A stretch of 64,000 nucleotides of DNA from a bacterium (GTDB lineage: Bacteria > UBA8248): contig OZ241326.1 of the NCBI GenBank assembly GCA_965199855.1, positions 1,056,001 to 1,120,000 on the forward strand, read 5' to 3'. The position numbers and the translations under genes were made by a program. Below the pieces are notes generated by a model. That model was not told the origin of the DNA. It made no database searches and worked only from the letters and a program-made list of their open reading frames with translations. This document shows positions 27,985 to 38,504 of this stretch, piece after piece (the stretch's first letter is position 1; every line of letters starts with the position of its first letter).

Positions 27985-30900
27985 ATGCCCGCCGAATTCG
28001 TTCATCTGCATCTGCACTCCCAATACAGCCTTCTGGACGGCACCACGCGCATCGACGACCTGGTGAGGCGCGCCGCCGAGCTCGGGCAGCCCGCCGTGGC
28101 GCTCACCGACCACGGGAACATGTTCGGCGCGGTGAAGTTCCACGAGGCGGCGCGGAGGGCGGGCGTCAAGCCCATCATCGGCTGCGAGGTCTATGTCGCC
28201 CCCGGAAGCCGCTTCGAGAAGGGCGGGCGCGCCGGCGGGGGGCGCGCCTACCACATGGTGCTGCTGGCGCAGAACCGGACGGGCTACAACAACCTGTGCG
28301 AGCTCGTGACGCGCGGCTTCACCGAGGGGATGTATTATTTCCCGCGGGTGGACCGGGAGCTGCTGGCGAGCCATGCCGAGGGACTCATCTGCACCTCCGC
28401 CTGCCTGCGCGGGGAGGTGAACGACCACCTCCTGCACGGCCGCCCGGAGGCGGCGCGCGAGGCGGCGGAGTTCTACAGGGATCTCTTCCCGGGACGCTAC
28501 TACATCGAGCTCCAGGACCACGGGATGCGGGAGGACAGGGAGGTCATCCCCAGGGCGATCGAGCTGGCGAGGGAGATGGACATCCCCCTCGTCGCCGCCA
28601 ACGACGTGCACTACCTCGACAAGGGGGATCACGGCGCCCAGGAGGTGCTCATCTGCATCCAGACGGGCAAGACCCTGAACGACCCCAACCGCATGTCGAT
28701 CAAGAGCGAGGAGTTCTACATGAAGGACGCCGCCGAAATGGAGGCGCTCTTCGGCGAGGTTCCCGAGGCGCTCGCCAACACGCTCGCCGTCGCCGAGCAG
28801 TGCGATTTCGAGTTTGAATTCGGCGCGGCGCACTACCCCGACTTCCAGACGCCCGACGGCGCGGGAAAGAAGGAATACCTCGCGCGCGCCGCGGAGGAGG
28901 GGCTCGCGCGCAAGCTCGCGCGCTTCGGCGTCAAGGGCGCCGAGGCGGAGCGCTACCGCGAGCGGCTGCGGATGGAGCTCGAGGTCATCAGCGGCCAGAA
29001 CTACGAGGGCTACTTCCTCATCGTGTCGGACTTCATCCGCCACGCGAAGGAGCGGGGCATCCCCGTGGGGCCGGGGCGGGGGTCGGCGGCGGGCAGCCTC
29101 GCCGCCTACGCGCTGGACATCACGGGCATCGACCCCCTGAAATACTCGCTCCTCTTCGAGCGCTTCCTGAACCCCGAGCGCATCAGCCCGCCGGACGTGG
29201 ACATCGACTTCTGCATGGACAGGCGCGACGAGGTCATCCGCTACGTGCAGGAGAAATACGGACGCGAGAACGTCTGCCAGATCATCACCTTCGGGAGCAT
29301 GCTGGCGAAGGGCGTCCTGCGCGACGTGGGCCGGGTGATGGACATGCCCTACGGGGAGGTGGACCGCATCGCCAAGCTGGTGCCCAACGAGCTCAAAATC
29401 ACGCTCGAGGACGCCATGAAGAAGGAGCCGCGCCTGCGCGACACCGTGTCGCGCGACCCCCGGGTGGGCGAGCTGATGGACACGGCGCGGAAGCTCGAGG
29501 GCAACATCCGCCACGCGGGAACGCACGCGGCGGGGGTGGTCATCGCTCCCTCGAAGCTCACCGACTTCGCGCCGCTCTACCAGGCCTCGGGCGGCGAGGT
29601 GATGACCCAGTTCGACATGAAGGACATCGAGGAGATCGGCCTTCTCAAGATGGACTTTCTGGGCCTCAAGACGCTCACGGCGCTGGACCGCGCCGAGCGC
29701 CTCGTGCGCGAGGGCGGCGGCGCGCTCGACATCGAGACGCTCCCCCTCGACGACGCGGCGACCTACCGCCTCCTCGCCGAGGGCAGGACGACCGGCATCT
29801 TCCAGCTGGAGAGCCGCGGCATCCGCGAGTATCTGCGGAAGCTCGCGCCCACGACCTTCGAGGACCTGATCGCCATGGTGGCGCTCTACCGCCCCGGCCC
29901 GCTCGAGAGCGGCATGGTGGACGCCTTCATCAACCGCAAGCACGGGCGCGCCGAGGTGGACTACGTCTTCGAGGAGCTTCGCCCCATCCTCGAGAGCACC
30001 TACGGCGTCATGGTGTATCAGGAGCAGGTCATGCAGATATCGAACGCGCTCGCGGGCTTCTCCATGGGGCGGGCGGACGTGCTCAGGAAGGCGATGGGCA
30101 AGAAGAGCCCCGAGCTCATGGCCGAGCAGCGCAGCGACTTCGTGGAGGGCGCCGCCGCGCGGGGGCGCGACAGGAGCAAGGTCGAGTTCCTGTGGGAGCA
30201 GATTCAGCAGTTCGCCGGCTACGGCTTCAACAAGAGCCACAGCGCCGCCTACGCCCTCATCGCCTACCGCACGGCCTACATGAAGGCCCACCACCCGCGC
30301 GAGTTCATGTCCGCGCTTCTCACGTGCGACCGCGAGAGCGCGGACAAGGTCATCAAGGACATCGCCGAGTGCCGGAGCATGAGCATCTCCGTCCTTCCCC
30401 CGGACGTGAACGCCAGCCAGAAGGACTTCACGGTCGAGGCGGAGGCCATCCGCTTCGGGCTGGCGGCCGTCAAGAACGTGGGCGAGGGGCTGGTGGACGC
30501 CGTCCTGGCGAGCCGCGGCGAGGACGGCCCCTTCGAGAGCCTGGAGGATTTTTGCCGGCGCGTGGATCACCAGCACCTGAACCGGCGGGCGCTCGAGAGC
30601 CTCATCAAGGCGGCGGCCTTCGACTCTTTGGGCATCGGGCGCGCGCAGGCGGTCGCGTCGCTGGACATCGTACTCGAGGCCGCGGTTCGGGAGCAGAAAA
30701 GCGCCGCCATGGGGCAGGGAGCCCTCTTCGGGGAGGAGCAGGCGCCCAGGAGCGCGCTGCATCTGCCCGAGGTGGCCGAGTGGGAGCACAGGGAGCGCCT
30801 GGCCAGCGAGCGGGAGGTGCTCGGCTTCTACGTGTCGGGGCATCCGCTCGACGACTACCGCGAAGTCATCGAGCGCTTCGCCAACGTCGACGCTACGGGG

Positions 30901-31416
30901 CTCGCCGAGGCCGCCAACGCGCGCCGGATCAGGATGGCGGGCCTCATCCGCTCCTACCGCCTGCGCACGACGCGCGCGGGCCGGCGCATGGCGAACTTCG
31001 TGCTGGAGGATCAGGCGGGCACGGCGGAGATGACGGTGTTTCCCGACGTGTTCGAGAGCTGCCATGAAATTCTGGAGAGCGAGGAGCCCGTTCTCGTCGA
31101 GGGCGCCGTCGAGGCCTCCGAGGACGGGACGCAGGTGGTCGCGCGCGCCATCGAGCCCCTCTCGGGCGTGGAGGTCAGCCGCGCGAGCAGGGTGCTGGTC
31201 GATCTGGCGCCCGAGTGCCGCGCGCCCAATCGCCTGCAGTCCATCCGCGAGGCGCTGGCCAGGCACCCGGGCAGCTGCGCCGTGCTCTTCACGCTGCGGT
31301 TTCCCGACCGGGAGGTGCGCATCGAGGCGGGCCGGGAATACGCGGCGGCGGCGACGGCGGAGCTCACGGCCGAGCTCGGGGAGCTGGCGGGCGCGGGAGC
31401 GGTTCATCTTGAGTAG
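27985..31416 (+). CDS. dnaE: DNA polymerase III alpha subunit
   Basis: PHP motif FVHLHLHSQYSLLDG, GPGRGSAAGSL, PDVDIDF, KMDFLGL, YGFNKSHS. Confidence 0.98.
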   Translation: MPAEFVHLHLHSQYSLLDGTTRIDDLVRRAAELGQPAVALTDHGNMFGAVKFHEAARRAGVKPIIGCEVYVAPGSRFEKGGRAGGGRAYHMVLLAQNRTGYNNLCELVTRGFTEGMYYFPRVDRELLASHAEGLICTSACLRGEVNDHLLHGRPEAAREAAEFYRDLFPGRYYIELQDHGMREDREVIPRAIELAREMDIPLVAANDVHYLDKGDHGAQEVLICIQTGKTLNDPNRMSIKSEEFYMKDAAEMEALFGEVPEALANTLAVAEQCDFEFEFGAAHYPDFQTPDGAGKKEYLARAAEEGLARKLARFGVKGAEAERYRERLRMELEVISGQNYEGYFLIVSDFIRHAKERGIPVGPGRGSAAGSLAAYALDITGIDPLKYSLLFERFLNPERISPPDVDIDFCMDRRDEVIRYVQEKYGRENVCQIITFGSMLAKGVLRDVGRVMDMPYGEVDRIAKLVPNELKITLEDAMKKEPRLRDTVSRDPRVGELMDTARKLEGNIRHAGTHAAGVVIAPSKLTDFAPLYQASGGEVMTQFDMKDIEEIGLLKMDFLGLKTLTALDRAERLVREGGGALDIETLPLDDAATYRLLAEGRTTGIFQLESRGIREYLRKLAPTTFEDLIAMVALYRPGPLESGMVDAFINRKHGRAEVDYVFEELRPILESTYGVMVYQEQVMQISNALAGFSMGRADVLRKAMGKKSPELMAEQRSDFVEGAAARGRDRSKVEFLWEQIQQFAGYGFNKSHSAAYALIAYRTAYMKAHHPREFMSALLTCDRESADKVIKDIAECRSMSISVLPPDVNASQKDFTVEAEAIRFGLAAVKNVGEGLVDAVLASRGEDGPFESLEDFCRRVDHQHLNRRALESLIKAAAFDSLGIGRAQAVASLDIVLEAAVREQKSAAMGQGALFGEEQAPRSALHLPEVAEWEHRERLASEREVLGFYVSGHPLDDYREVIERFANVDATGLAEAANARRIRMAGLIRSYRLRTTRAGRRMANFVLEDQAGTAEMTVFPDVFESCHEILESEEPVLVEGAVEASEDGTQVVARAIEPLSGVEVSRASRVLVDLAPECRAPNRLQSIREALARHPGSCAVLFTLRFPDREVRIEAGREYAAAATAELTAELGELAGAGAVHLE

Positions 31417-32113
31417 CGGGCCGCCCCTCCGCGCCGCCTTCCTGGGCCGGACGGGGTTCATGGAAGCCTGGGCGCTGCAGAAGCGCCTGTGGGCGTCGCG
31501 CGCCGAGGGGCGCCTGCGGGAGGACGCGCTTCTTCTCCTGGAGCACGATCCCGTCCTCACGCTGGGCAGGGGCGGGAGCGAGGAGAACGTGCTGTCGAGG
31601 GTCTCTCCCGTCGACGGCGCGGAGGTTCCGCTCGCGCGCGTCAACCGGGGCGGCGAGGTGACCTTTCACGGACCGGGCCAGCTGATGCTCTACGCGATCT
31701 GCGATCTCAGGGAGCGCGAGCGCGACGTGCACCTTCATTGCAGGCGGCTGGAGGAGGTCTTCGCGCGCTGCCTCGAGGCCAGGGGCCTGCGCGCGGAAAG
31801 GAGGGCGGGCAGCCCGGGCCTGTGGGTGGGCGGCGGGAAGATTCTCTCCCTCGGCGTGGGCGCGAGGCGCTGGGTGACGATGCACGGCGTTTCGTTCAAC
31901 GCCTCGCCCGATCTCAGATATTTCGGGATGATGCACCCCTGCGGCGAGGTGGGCGGACGCGCGACCTCCCTGGAGAAGCTCCTGGGGGACGCGCCGCCGC
32001 TCGCCGAACTCGCGCGGGAGGTGATTCCCCTTTGCGCGGAGGTGTTCGATGCGCCCGTCTCGGTGGAGGCCGACCCGGCGCGAATCGCGGAGGCGCTCCC
32101 GCGCGCTTCGTGA
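31409..32113 (+). CDS. lipB: Lipoyl(octanoyl) transferase LipB
   Basis: LLLLEHDPVLTLGR, RGGEVTFHGPGQL, KILSLG, MHG, PCG. Confidence 0.92.
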   Translation: MSSGPPLRAAFLGRTGFMEAWALQKRLWASRAEGRLREDALLLLEHDPVLTLGRGGSEENVLSRVSPVDGAEVPLARVNRGGEVTFHGPGQLMLYAICDLRERERDVHLHCRRLEEVFARCLEARGLRAERRAGSPGLWVGGGKILSLGVGARRWVTMHGVSFNASPDLRYFGMMHPCGEVGGRATSLEKLLGDAPPLAELAREVIPLCAEVFDAPVSVEADPARIAEALPRAS

Positions 32114-32117
32114 GCCG

Positions 32118-32888
32118 ATGAATCCGTCCGGCGGAAAGCGGCGCCTGGCCGCGGGCCTGGCGGGCGCCTTCGCGCTGCTCGCGGCGTCGCCCGCGCTCGC
32201 CGCGCAGGCGGCCTCGTGGTGGGGCTTCACGCCCGGGGCGTGGGAGCTCCTCAAGAAGGGGGGCTACACGATGATCCCCCTGGGGGTCTGCTCGGTCGTC
32301 GCGCTCGCGGTGACACTCGAGCGGCTCCTCGCCCTCAGGCGGAGAAAGGCGCTGCCCGACGATCTGGTCGCCGCCTCCGAGAGATACTGGCGGCGCGGCG
32401 ACCTGACGGCGGCGGCCGACGTATGCGAGCGCTTCGACGCGCCTCTCGCGCGGGTGCTGAGGGCGGCGCTCGCCCGGCGCCGCCTGGGGCTGGGCGAGAT
32501 GGAGCGCGCCATGATCGGCGCGGGCCAGCACGAATCGACCGTCCTCTCGCGCAACCTGCGCGCCCTGGGCGTCATCGCCAACCTCGCGCCGATGCTGGGG
32601 CTGTTCGGCACCGTCGTGGGCATGATTCGCGCCTTCGACGTCATCAGCCGCGCCGGAACGGGGAATCCGAATCTGGTGGCGGAGGGAATTTCCGAAGCCC
32701 TGTTCACCACGGCGGCGGGCCTTTTGATAGGCATCCCCTCCCTGGCGGCGTATCACTTTTTCCGCTCGCGCGGGGATCGCCTCCTGTTCGAGATGGAATC
32801 CATCGCCCTGTCGCTCCTTCAGAGCCTGGCGGCGCAGGCCGACGAACTCCCCCGGGGGCCGCGCGGCGCGCCCCGCGAGGGGGCCTGA
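32118..32888 (+). CDS. exbB: MotA/TolQ/ExbB proton channel protein
   Basis: APMLGLFGTVVGMI, GISEALFTTAAGL. Confidence 0.9.
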   Translation: MNPSGGKRRLAAGLAGAFALLAASPALAAQAASWWGFTPGAWELLKKGGYTMIPLGVCSVVALAVTLERLLALRRRKALPDDLVAASERYWRRGDLTAAADVCERFDAPLARVLRAALARRRLGLGEMERAMIGAGQHESTVLSRNLRALGVIANLAPMLGLFGTVVGMIRAFDVISRAGTGNPNLVAEGISEALFTTAAGLLIGIPSLAAYHFFRSRGDRLLFEMESIALSLLQSLAAQADELPRGPRGAPREGA

Positions 32889-33289
32889 TGCGCTTTCGGC
32901 GCGGCGGGGAGGAGGACTACAGCCTCCAGCTCACGTCGCTGATAGACGTGGTGTTCCTGCTCCTGATCTTCTTCATGGTGTCCACCTCCTTCGTGGACTT
33001 CACCCGCAGGCTCGACATCCAGCTGCCCGAGAGCGAATCGGGCGCCGAGGTTGTCGAGAAAAAATCGTTTCTCGTCGAAGTCGGCGTGGAGAAGCGAATC
33101 TCCCTGAACGGCGAGCCTGTCGCGCTGGAGGCGCTCGAAGGCCGGCTGAAGGCGGGCGTCGAGGGAGGAGGATTCAAGCGCTCCCTGATGCTCAAGGCGG
33201 ACAGGCGCCTCGATTACGGCTACGTGGTCAGGGTGATGGGACTCGTCTCCCGGGCGGGCGTCCGTGACATCTCGCTGGCGATGAAGTAG
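32888..33289 (+). CDS. exbD: ExbD/TolR biopolymer transporter
   Basis: LTSLIDVVFLLLIFFMV, ADRRLDYGYVV. Confidence 0.9.
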   Translation: MRFRRGGEEDYSLQLTSLIDVVFLLLIFFMVSTSFVDFTRRLDIQLPESESGAEVVEKKSFLVEVGVEKRISLNGEPVALEALEGRLKAGVEGGGFKRSLMLKADRRLDYGYVVRVMGLVSRAGVRDISLAMK

Positions 33290-33347
33290 CGCGGAGAGGC
33301 GCCTCGGGCGCGCCCCGCGTTTTCCGGCTCGACGATGGAGAAAAAGC

Positions 33348-34013
33348 ATGACGCGCGGGCGGGCCGACTCCACGGTCTCCATGCCGCGGAAGCCGGGCGC
33401 CGTCACGCGCCTTCTTCTGCTCCGGCACGGCGCGGCCGAGGGGTCGAGGGAGGGCCGCTTCTACGGCGCCACCGACGCGCCGCTGCTGGCCGAGGGCGAG
33501 GCGCAGGCGCGCGAGGCGGCCGCGCGCGCCGCGGCGTGGCTGAGGGCGGCGGAAACCGCGCTTTACGCCAGTCCGCTCGTCCGCTCCGCGCGAACGGCGG
33601 AGATTCTGGCGGGGGCGATGGGGCTGGACGCGAAGCCGCGCGTCGTCCCCGAAATCGCCGAGCTTCGCCTGGGCGACTGGGAGGGGGAGACGCATGGCTC
33701 CCTCATGGAGAAGAGCCCCGCGCGCCTCCGCGCGCACTATGAGAACTTCGTCCATTCCGGGCCGCCGGGCGGCGGGGAGTCGCTGGCGGAGCTCGCCGCG
33801 CGCGTCCTGCCCGCGCTTCGCCTCCTGCGCGGGCGCGAGAGGGGGAAGAACGTCATCGTCTGCGGCCACGCGGCGGTGAACCGGGTGATTCTGTGCGACG
33901 CGCTGGGCGCGCCGCTCGACAGCTTCTTCCGGCTGGAGCAGGACTTCGCCGCGCTGAACGTGATCGATTATCATGAAGGCGGCGCCCCCCTCGTCCGCGC
34001 CATGAACGCCTGA
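33348..34013 (+). CDS. Histidine phosphatase family protein (CobC/PGAM-like)
   Basis: LLRHG, SPLVRS..TA, ELRLGDWEG, PGGGES, GH. Confidence 0.88.
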   Translation: MTRGRADSTVSMPRKPGAVTRLLLLRHGAAEGSREGRFYGATDAPLLAEGEAQAREAAARAAAWLRAAETALYASPLVRSARTAEILAGAMGLDAKPRVVPEIAELRLGDWEGETHGSLMEKSPARLRAHYENFVHSGPPGGGESLAELAARVLPALRLLRGRERGKNVIVCGHAAVNRVILCDALGAPLDSFFRLEQDFAALNVIDYHEGGAPLVRAMNA

Positions 34014-34113
34014 GCGCCGCCCTCGCGCGCGGGTTCGCTCTCGGCGCGCGATGGAATGATGACTTTCCGGCGAAAATTTTCTATATTCCCCGTTTTCGCT
34101 TCGCGGAGAAGCC

Positions 34114-35412
34114 ATGCGGCTCATCGAGAAGATCCGGAAGAGGCGGGTTCGCGCCTGCGTGGTGGGGCTGGGCTACGTCGGCCTGCCGCTCGCCCTGGAG
34201 CTCGCCCGCGCCGGCTACCGGGTCGTCGGCCTGGACGCGGACGCCGCCCGCGTCGGCGCCCTGCGGGAGGGGAGGAGCTACATCACGGACGTGTCCGGGG
34301 AAAGCCTCTCCGGGGCGCTGGAGACGGGCCGCCTGGAGTTCGCCTCCGACGAGCGGGTGCTCGGCGAGGCGGACGTCATCAGCATCTGCGTTCCCACGCC
34401 CCTGGGCAAGACGGGCGATCCGGATTTGTCCTTCGTGCGGGCCGCCCTGGAGAGCGTCAGGCGCCGCCGCCGGCGGGGGCAGCTCTACGTGCTCGAAAGC
34501 ACGACCTGGCCGGGCATGACCGAGGAGGTCGCCCTGCCGCTCCTCTCCGAGGAGGGGTGGAAGGCGGGCGAGGATTTCTGCCTCGCGTTCTCGCCCGAGC
34601 GCGTGGACCCCGGAAACGAGCGCTACGGCACGAGAAACATCCCGAAGGTCGTGGGCGGCGTGACGCGAACCTGCGCGGACTGCGCCTGCGCCTTCTACGA
34701 GGGCGGCATCGACAGAATCGTGCGCGTCGGCTCGCCCCGGGCCGCCGAGATGGTGAAGCTGCTGGAAAACACCTTCCGCAGCGTCAACATCGGCCTGGTG
34801 AACGAGATGGCGAAGATGTGCCACGCCCTCGACGTGGACATCTGGGAGGTGATCGAGGCGGCGAAGACGAAGCCGTTCGGCTTCATGCCCTTCTATCCCG
34901 GCCCGGGCCTGGGGGGGCACTGCATTCCCGTGGATCCCCTCTACCTCTCCTGGAAGGCGCGGCAGGCGGGCTTCGAGTCGAGGTTCATCGAACTGGCCGA
35001 GCAGGTGAACAACTCGATGCCCCCGTTCGTCGTGGAGCTCGTCGCGAAGGCGCTCGGCGAGAGGGGCAAGGTGCTGAACGGCGCGAAGACGTTGCTGATA
35101 GGGGTAACCTACAAGGCGGACGTGGCCGACCTCCGCGAGAGTCCCGCCCTGGACGTCTGGCTGCGGCTGGAGCGGCTCGGCGCCGTCGTCTCCTATTCGG
35201 ACCCTTACGTGCCGGAAATCGACGTCCACCCCATCAAGGCGCGGTCGCGGCCCATCGACGCCGGTTCGCTCCGCGAATACGACTGCGTGGCGCTTCTGGC
35301 GAACCACAGGTCACTGGACAGAAAGCGCATCTACGATCACGCGCGCTGCATCGTGGACACCCGGAACGCCTTCGCGGATTTCGGACGAAGCGACCATCTG
35401 GTCGGGCTGTGA
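34114..35412 (+). CDS. Nucleotide-sugar dehydrogenase (WbpA/WecC-like UDP-GlcNAc 6-dehydrogenase family)
   Basis: GLGYVGLPLA, CVPTP, ESTT, SPERVDPG, GGHCIPVDP, DLRESP. Confidence 0.92.
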   Translation: MRLIEKIRKRRVRACVVGLGYVGLPLALELARAGYRVVGLDADAARVGALREGRSYITDVSGESLSGALETGRLEFASDERVLGEADVISICVPTPLGKTGDPDLSFVRAALESVRRRRRRGQLYVLESTTWPGMTEEVALPLLSEEGWKAGEDFCLAFSPERVDPGNERYGTRNIPKVVGGVTRTCADCACAFYEGGIDRIVRVGSPRAAEMVKLLENTFRSVNIGLVNEMAKMCHALDVDIWEVIEAAKTKPFGFMPFYPGPGLGGHCIPVDPLYLSWKARQAGFESRFIELAEQVNNSMPPFVVELVAKALGERGKVLNGAKTLLIGVTYKADVADLRESPALDVWLRLERLGAVVSYSDPYVPEIDVHPIKARSRPIDAGSLREYDCVALLANHRSLDRKRIYDHARCIVDTRNAFADFGRSDHLVGL

Positions 35413-35478
35413 CGCCGCGCGGCTCCGGCGGGAGGCTCGCGCTTTTCGCGCGTCCCGAAAAATAACGCCCCGGGGCGG

Positions 35479-35507
35479 TTGACATCGGCGGGCGCATGGG
35501 GTTTATT
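35479..35507 (+). promoter_or_regulatory. Putative sigma70 promoter of rplM-rpsI
   Basis: TTGACA-N17-TTTATT. Confidence 0.5.
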
Positions 35508-35616
35508 GCGGCCTCGCTCCCGGAAGGACGCTCGCCGTCCGCGCGGGAGGCTTGGCGGGGCTGTCCATGCGCCTTCGTCCCGCCCGGCATGGTTCGCGAT
35601 TCAAGGAAGATGGCCG

Positions 35617-36066
35617 ATGAGAATGTACAAGAGGACGCCCGTCCTCACGAAGGAGCAGGCCGGCGCGCGGCGCGGCTGGGTGCTGGTGGACGCCAAGGAG
35701 CAGACCCTGGGGCGCCTTTCCACGCGCGTGGCGACGCTGTTGCGCGGGAAACACAAGCCGGACTGGAGCCCCCACGTCGACAACGGGGAGTTCGTCGTCG
35801 TCGTGAACGCGGAGCGGGTCGTGCTGACGGGCCGCAAGCTCTCGGACAAGAAGTATTACCGGCATTCCGGCTACCCCGGCCATCTCAAGGAGGTGAGCGC
35901 GGGGCGGCTGCTGGCGACGCGCCCCGAGCGCGTGATTCGCCACGCCGTGCGGGGAATGCTGCCGAAGAACAAACTGGGCCGCGCCCTGCTGCGGAAGCTG
36001 AAGGTCTATGCGGGCGAGGCGCATCCGCACGAGGCGCAGCGACCCGAAGCGGTTGGACTGGGCTAG
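35617..36066 (+). CDS. rplM: 50S ribosomal protein L13
   Basis: [40 protein letters not shown]. Confidence 0.98.
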   Translation: MRMYKRTPVLTKEQAGARRGWVLVDAKEQTLGRLSTRVATLLRGKHKPDWSPHVDNGEFVVVVNAERVVLTGRKLSDKKYYRHSGYPGHLKEVSAGRLLATRPERVIRHAVRGMLPKNKLGRALLRKLKVYAGEAHPHEAQRPEAVGLG

Positions 36067-36093
36067 AACTCTCAAGAGGCTCCCGGCGTCGAT

Positions 36094-36489
36094 ATGGCCA
36101 CGATACCCAAGAGCTACGCCACCGGAAAGCGAAAGACCTCCGTCGCGCGCGTCTGGCTGGAGCCGGGCGACGGCAGGATTCTCGTCAACAACACGCCGGC
36201 GGACGAGTATTTTCTCCGCGCCACCTCGCTCATGGTGATCAAGCAGCCCTTCGAGCTGACCGAGACCTGGGGCAGCTACAACGTGCGCGCCACCGTGAAG
36301 GGCGGGGGACTCACCGGCCAGGCGGGCGCCGTTCGCCACGGCATCTCGAAGGCGCTGCTGGACGTGGACCCTGCGTTTCGGACGATTCTCAAAAAAGCGG
36401 GCCTCATCACGCGCGACTCCCGCGTCAAGGAGCGCAAGAAATACGGACTCAAGGGCGCGCGCAGGAGCTTCCAGTTCTCAAAGCGCTGA
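36094..36489 (+). CDS. rpsI: 30S ribosomal protein S9
   Basis: [32 protein letters not shown]. Confidence 0.98.
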   Translation: MATIPKSYATGKRKTSVARVWLEPGDGRILVNNTPADEYFLRATSLMVIKQPFELTETWGSYNVRATVKGGGLTGQAGAVRHGISKALLDVDPAFRTILKKAGLITRDSRVKERKKYGLKGARRSFQFSKR

Positions 36490-36508
36490 TCGCCGCGGCA
36501 GTCGGTTC

Positions 36509-36539
36509 GGGGGGCTGGCTTTCGTCAGCCCCCCTTTTT
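36509..36539 (+). terminator. Rho-independent terminator after rpsI
   Basis: GGGGGGCTGGC-TTTC-GTCAGCCCCCC-TTTTT. Confidence 0.85.
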
Positions 36540-36580
36540 GCGCGAAAAACGGGCGGCGGACTTTTTCGGGACGAGGCGTC

Positions 36581-36619
36581 CGGGAGGGAGCGAGACATGC
36601 CGAAAGTCGCCGTGGTGGG
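36581..36619 (+). repeat. Duplicate of the argC RBS and start (second copy at 37451-37489)
   Basis: CGGGAG[G/A]GAGCGAGACATGCCGAAAGTCGCCGTGGTGGG, 38 of 39 identical. Confidence 0.95.
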
Positions 36620-36636
36620 CGCGCGGGAGGAGTGAA

Positions 36637-37428
36637 GTGCGGAAAACCCTGAAGCGTCTCTTGCGTTTCGCCGAGGCTCTCGCGCGCCCGCTCGGCCTGA
36701 GGCTGTTCCTGCTGAGGGACGCGAGGGAAGCGGACTACTGCGTTCTGGACAAGAATATGTGGTCGCCGTTTCAGGAGAAGAACGAGAACGTGCGGCTATA
36801 CGAGAGGGGGCTTGAAAAAGTCGATGGCGCTGCGTCGGACAGCATCTACCGGCGGTTGCGCTTCTACAGCCTGTTCCAGATGATCCGGCACGTGCTTTCC
36901 CGAAGCGTCCCGGGCGACTTCGCGGAGTGCAGCGTATGGAAGGGGCATTCCGCGTGGTGCGCCGCCGCCTTGATGCGGAAGCATGGAGGCTCGAGGCGGC
37001 TCCACATTTTCGACTCTTTCGAGGGGCTGTCGGAGCGCGGGCGGGAGGACGGAACGAGGTTTTCCCTCAGTCCACGGAAGCTGGCGGAGGAGAGGCGGCT
37101 TTTCGCCTGCGGCGAGGAGGTCGTCCGCGAAAACCTGGAGGAGTTCGATTTTCTGGATTTCTACAAGGGGTGGATCCCGAGCCGCTTCGACGACGTGGCG
37201 GACAGGGCGTTCGCCTTCGTCCATATCGACGTGGATTTGCATCAGCCGACGATGGATTCGCTCGAGTTCTTCTTCGAGCGGCTGAGCCGGGGAGGCGTCA
37301 TCGTCGTCGATGACTACGGACACACCTCTTTCGAGGGATGCACCAGAGCGGTGCGGGAGTTCATCGGGAAGCATGATCCCGCGCTGTTCTACGAGACGCC
37401 GATGGGCGGCGCGTTCATCGTCAAATAG
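36637..37428 (+). CDS. TylF/MycF/NovP-family O-methyltransferase
   Basis: VPGDFAECSVWKG, FDSFEGL, KGWIP, FVHIDVDL, GGVIVVDDYG. Confidence 0.88.
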   Translation: MRKTLKRLLRFAEALARPLGLRLFLLRDAREADYCVLDKNMWSPFQEKNENVRLYERGLEKVDGAASDSIYRRLRFYSLFQMIRHVLSRSVPGDFAECSVWKGHSAWCAAALMRKHGGSRRLHIFDSFEGLSERGREDGTRFSLSPRKLAEERRLFACGEEVVRENLEEFDFLDFYKGWIPSRFDDVADRAFAFVHIDVDLHQPTMDSLEFFFERLSRGGVIVVDDYGHTSFEGCTRAVREFIGKHDPALFYETPMGGAFIVK

Positions 37429-37466
37429 GGAGGCCCGGCGGCGGGCGCTTCGGGAGAGAGCGAGAC

Positions 37467-38504
37467 ATGCCGAAAGTCGCCGTGGTGGGAGCCACGGGAT
37501 ACACGGGCTTCGAGCTGCTGAGGCTTCTCGCCTCGCACGGAGGCGCGGAGGTCTCGGCCATGACCTCCGAGACCTACGCGGGCAGGGGGGTGGAGGAGGT
37601 GTTCCCCGCTCTCGCCTCCGCCGTCGAGGGCAGGCTCGAGAAATTCGACCTCTCCGTCTGCGAGGGCGCCGACCTCGTGTTCTGCTGCCTGCCCCACCGG
37701 GTGGCGATGAACGCCGTGCCGCCCCTGCTGGAGGCGGGGCATCGGGTGGTGGATTTCTCCGCCGACTACCGCCTGCGGGACGCGAGCGTCTATGAAGCCT
37801 GGTACAAGACCCGGCACGCCTCGCCCGGGTGGATACCGGAGGCCGTCTATGGCCTGCCCGAGCTCTACCGGGAGGAGATCAGGAAGGCGCGCCTCGTCGC
37901 CAACCCGGGCTGCTACCCCACGGGAGCGATTCTCGCGCTGGCGCCGCTTCTGGCGGCGCGCCTCGTCGATCCCGCGTCCATCATCGTGGACGCGAAGTCG
38001 GGCGTTTCGGGAGCGGGCCGAAAGGCGGACCTGCCGCTTCAGTTCGGCGAGGTGAACGAGGGCTTCCGCGCCTACGGGGTGGGGAGCCATCGCCATACGC
38101 CGGAGATCGAGCAGGAGCTCTCCGCCGTCCTGGGCGAGGACGCGCGGATTTCGTTCACGCCCCATCTCGCGCCCATGACGCGGGGCATTCTCTCGACCAT
38201 CTACGCCGGCGCCGCGGGCGCGGCCGACGCGGCCGCCGCCCGCGCCGCGCTCGCGGACGCCTACGCGGAGGAGCCCTTCGTCCGCCTCATGCCCGAGGGC
38301 GCGCTTCCCGGCGTGGCGCAGGTGGCGGGCTCGAACTACGCGGACATCGGGCTGGCGCGCGACGCGCGGACGTCGCGCTTCGTCGTTGTGGCGGCGATAG
38401 ACAATCTGGTAAAAGGCGCGTCGGGAGCGGCGGTTCAGAACATGAACCTCATGCTCGGGCTTCCCGAGACGCAGGGGCTTCTCCATCCGGGACTCTGGAT
38501 GTGA
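37467..38504 (+). CDS. argC: N-acetyl-gamma-glutamyl-phosphate reductase
   Basis: GATGYTG, NPGCYPT, SGVSGAGR, HRHTPEI, DNLVKGASG. Confidence 0.97.
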   Translation: MPKVAVVGATGYTGFELLRLLASHGGAEVSAMTSETYAGRGVEEVFPALASAVEGRLEKFDLSVCEGADLVFCCLPHRVAMNAVPPLLEAGHRVVDFSADYRLRDASVYEAWYKTRHASPGWIPEAVYGLPELYREEIRKARLVANPGCYPTGAILALAPLLAARLVDPASIIVDAKSGVSGAGRKADLPLQFGEVNEGFRAYGVGSHRHTPEIEQELSAVLGEDARISFTPHLAPMTRGILSTIYAGAAGAADAAAARAALADAYAEEPFVRLMPEGALPGVAQVAGSNYADIGLARDARTSRFVVVAAIDNLVKGASGAAVQNMNLMLGLPETQGLLHPGLWM

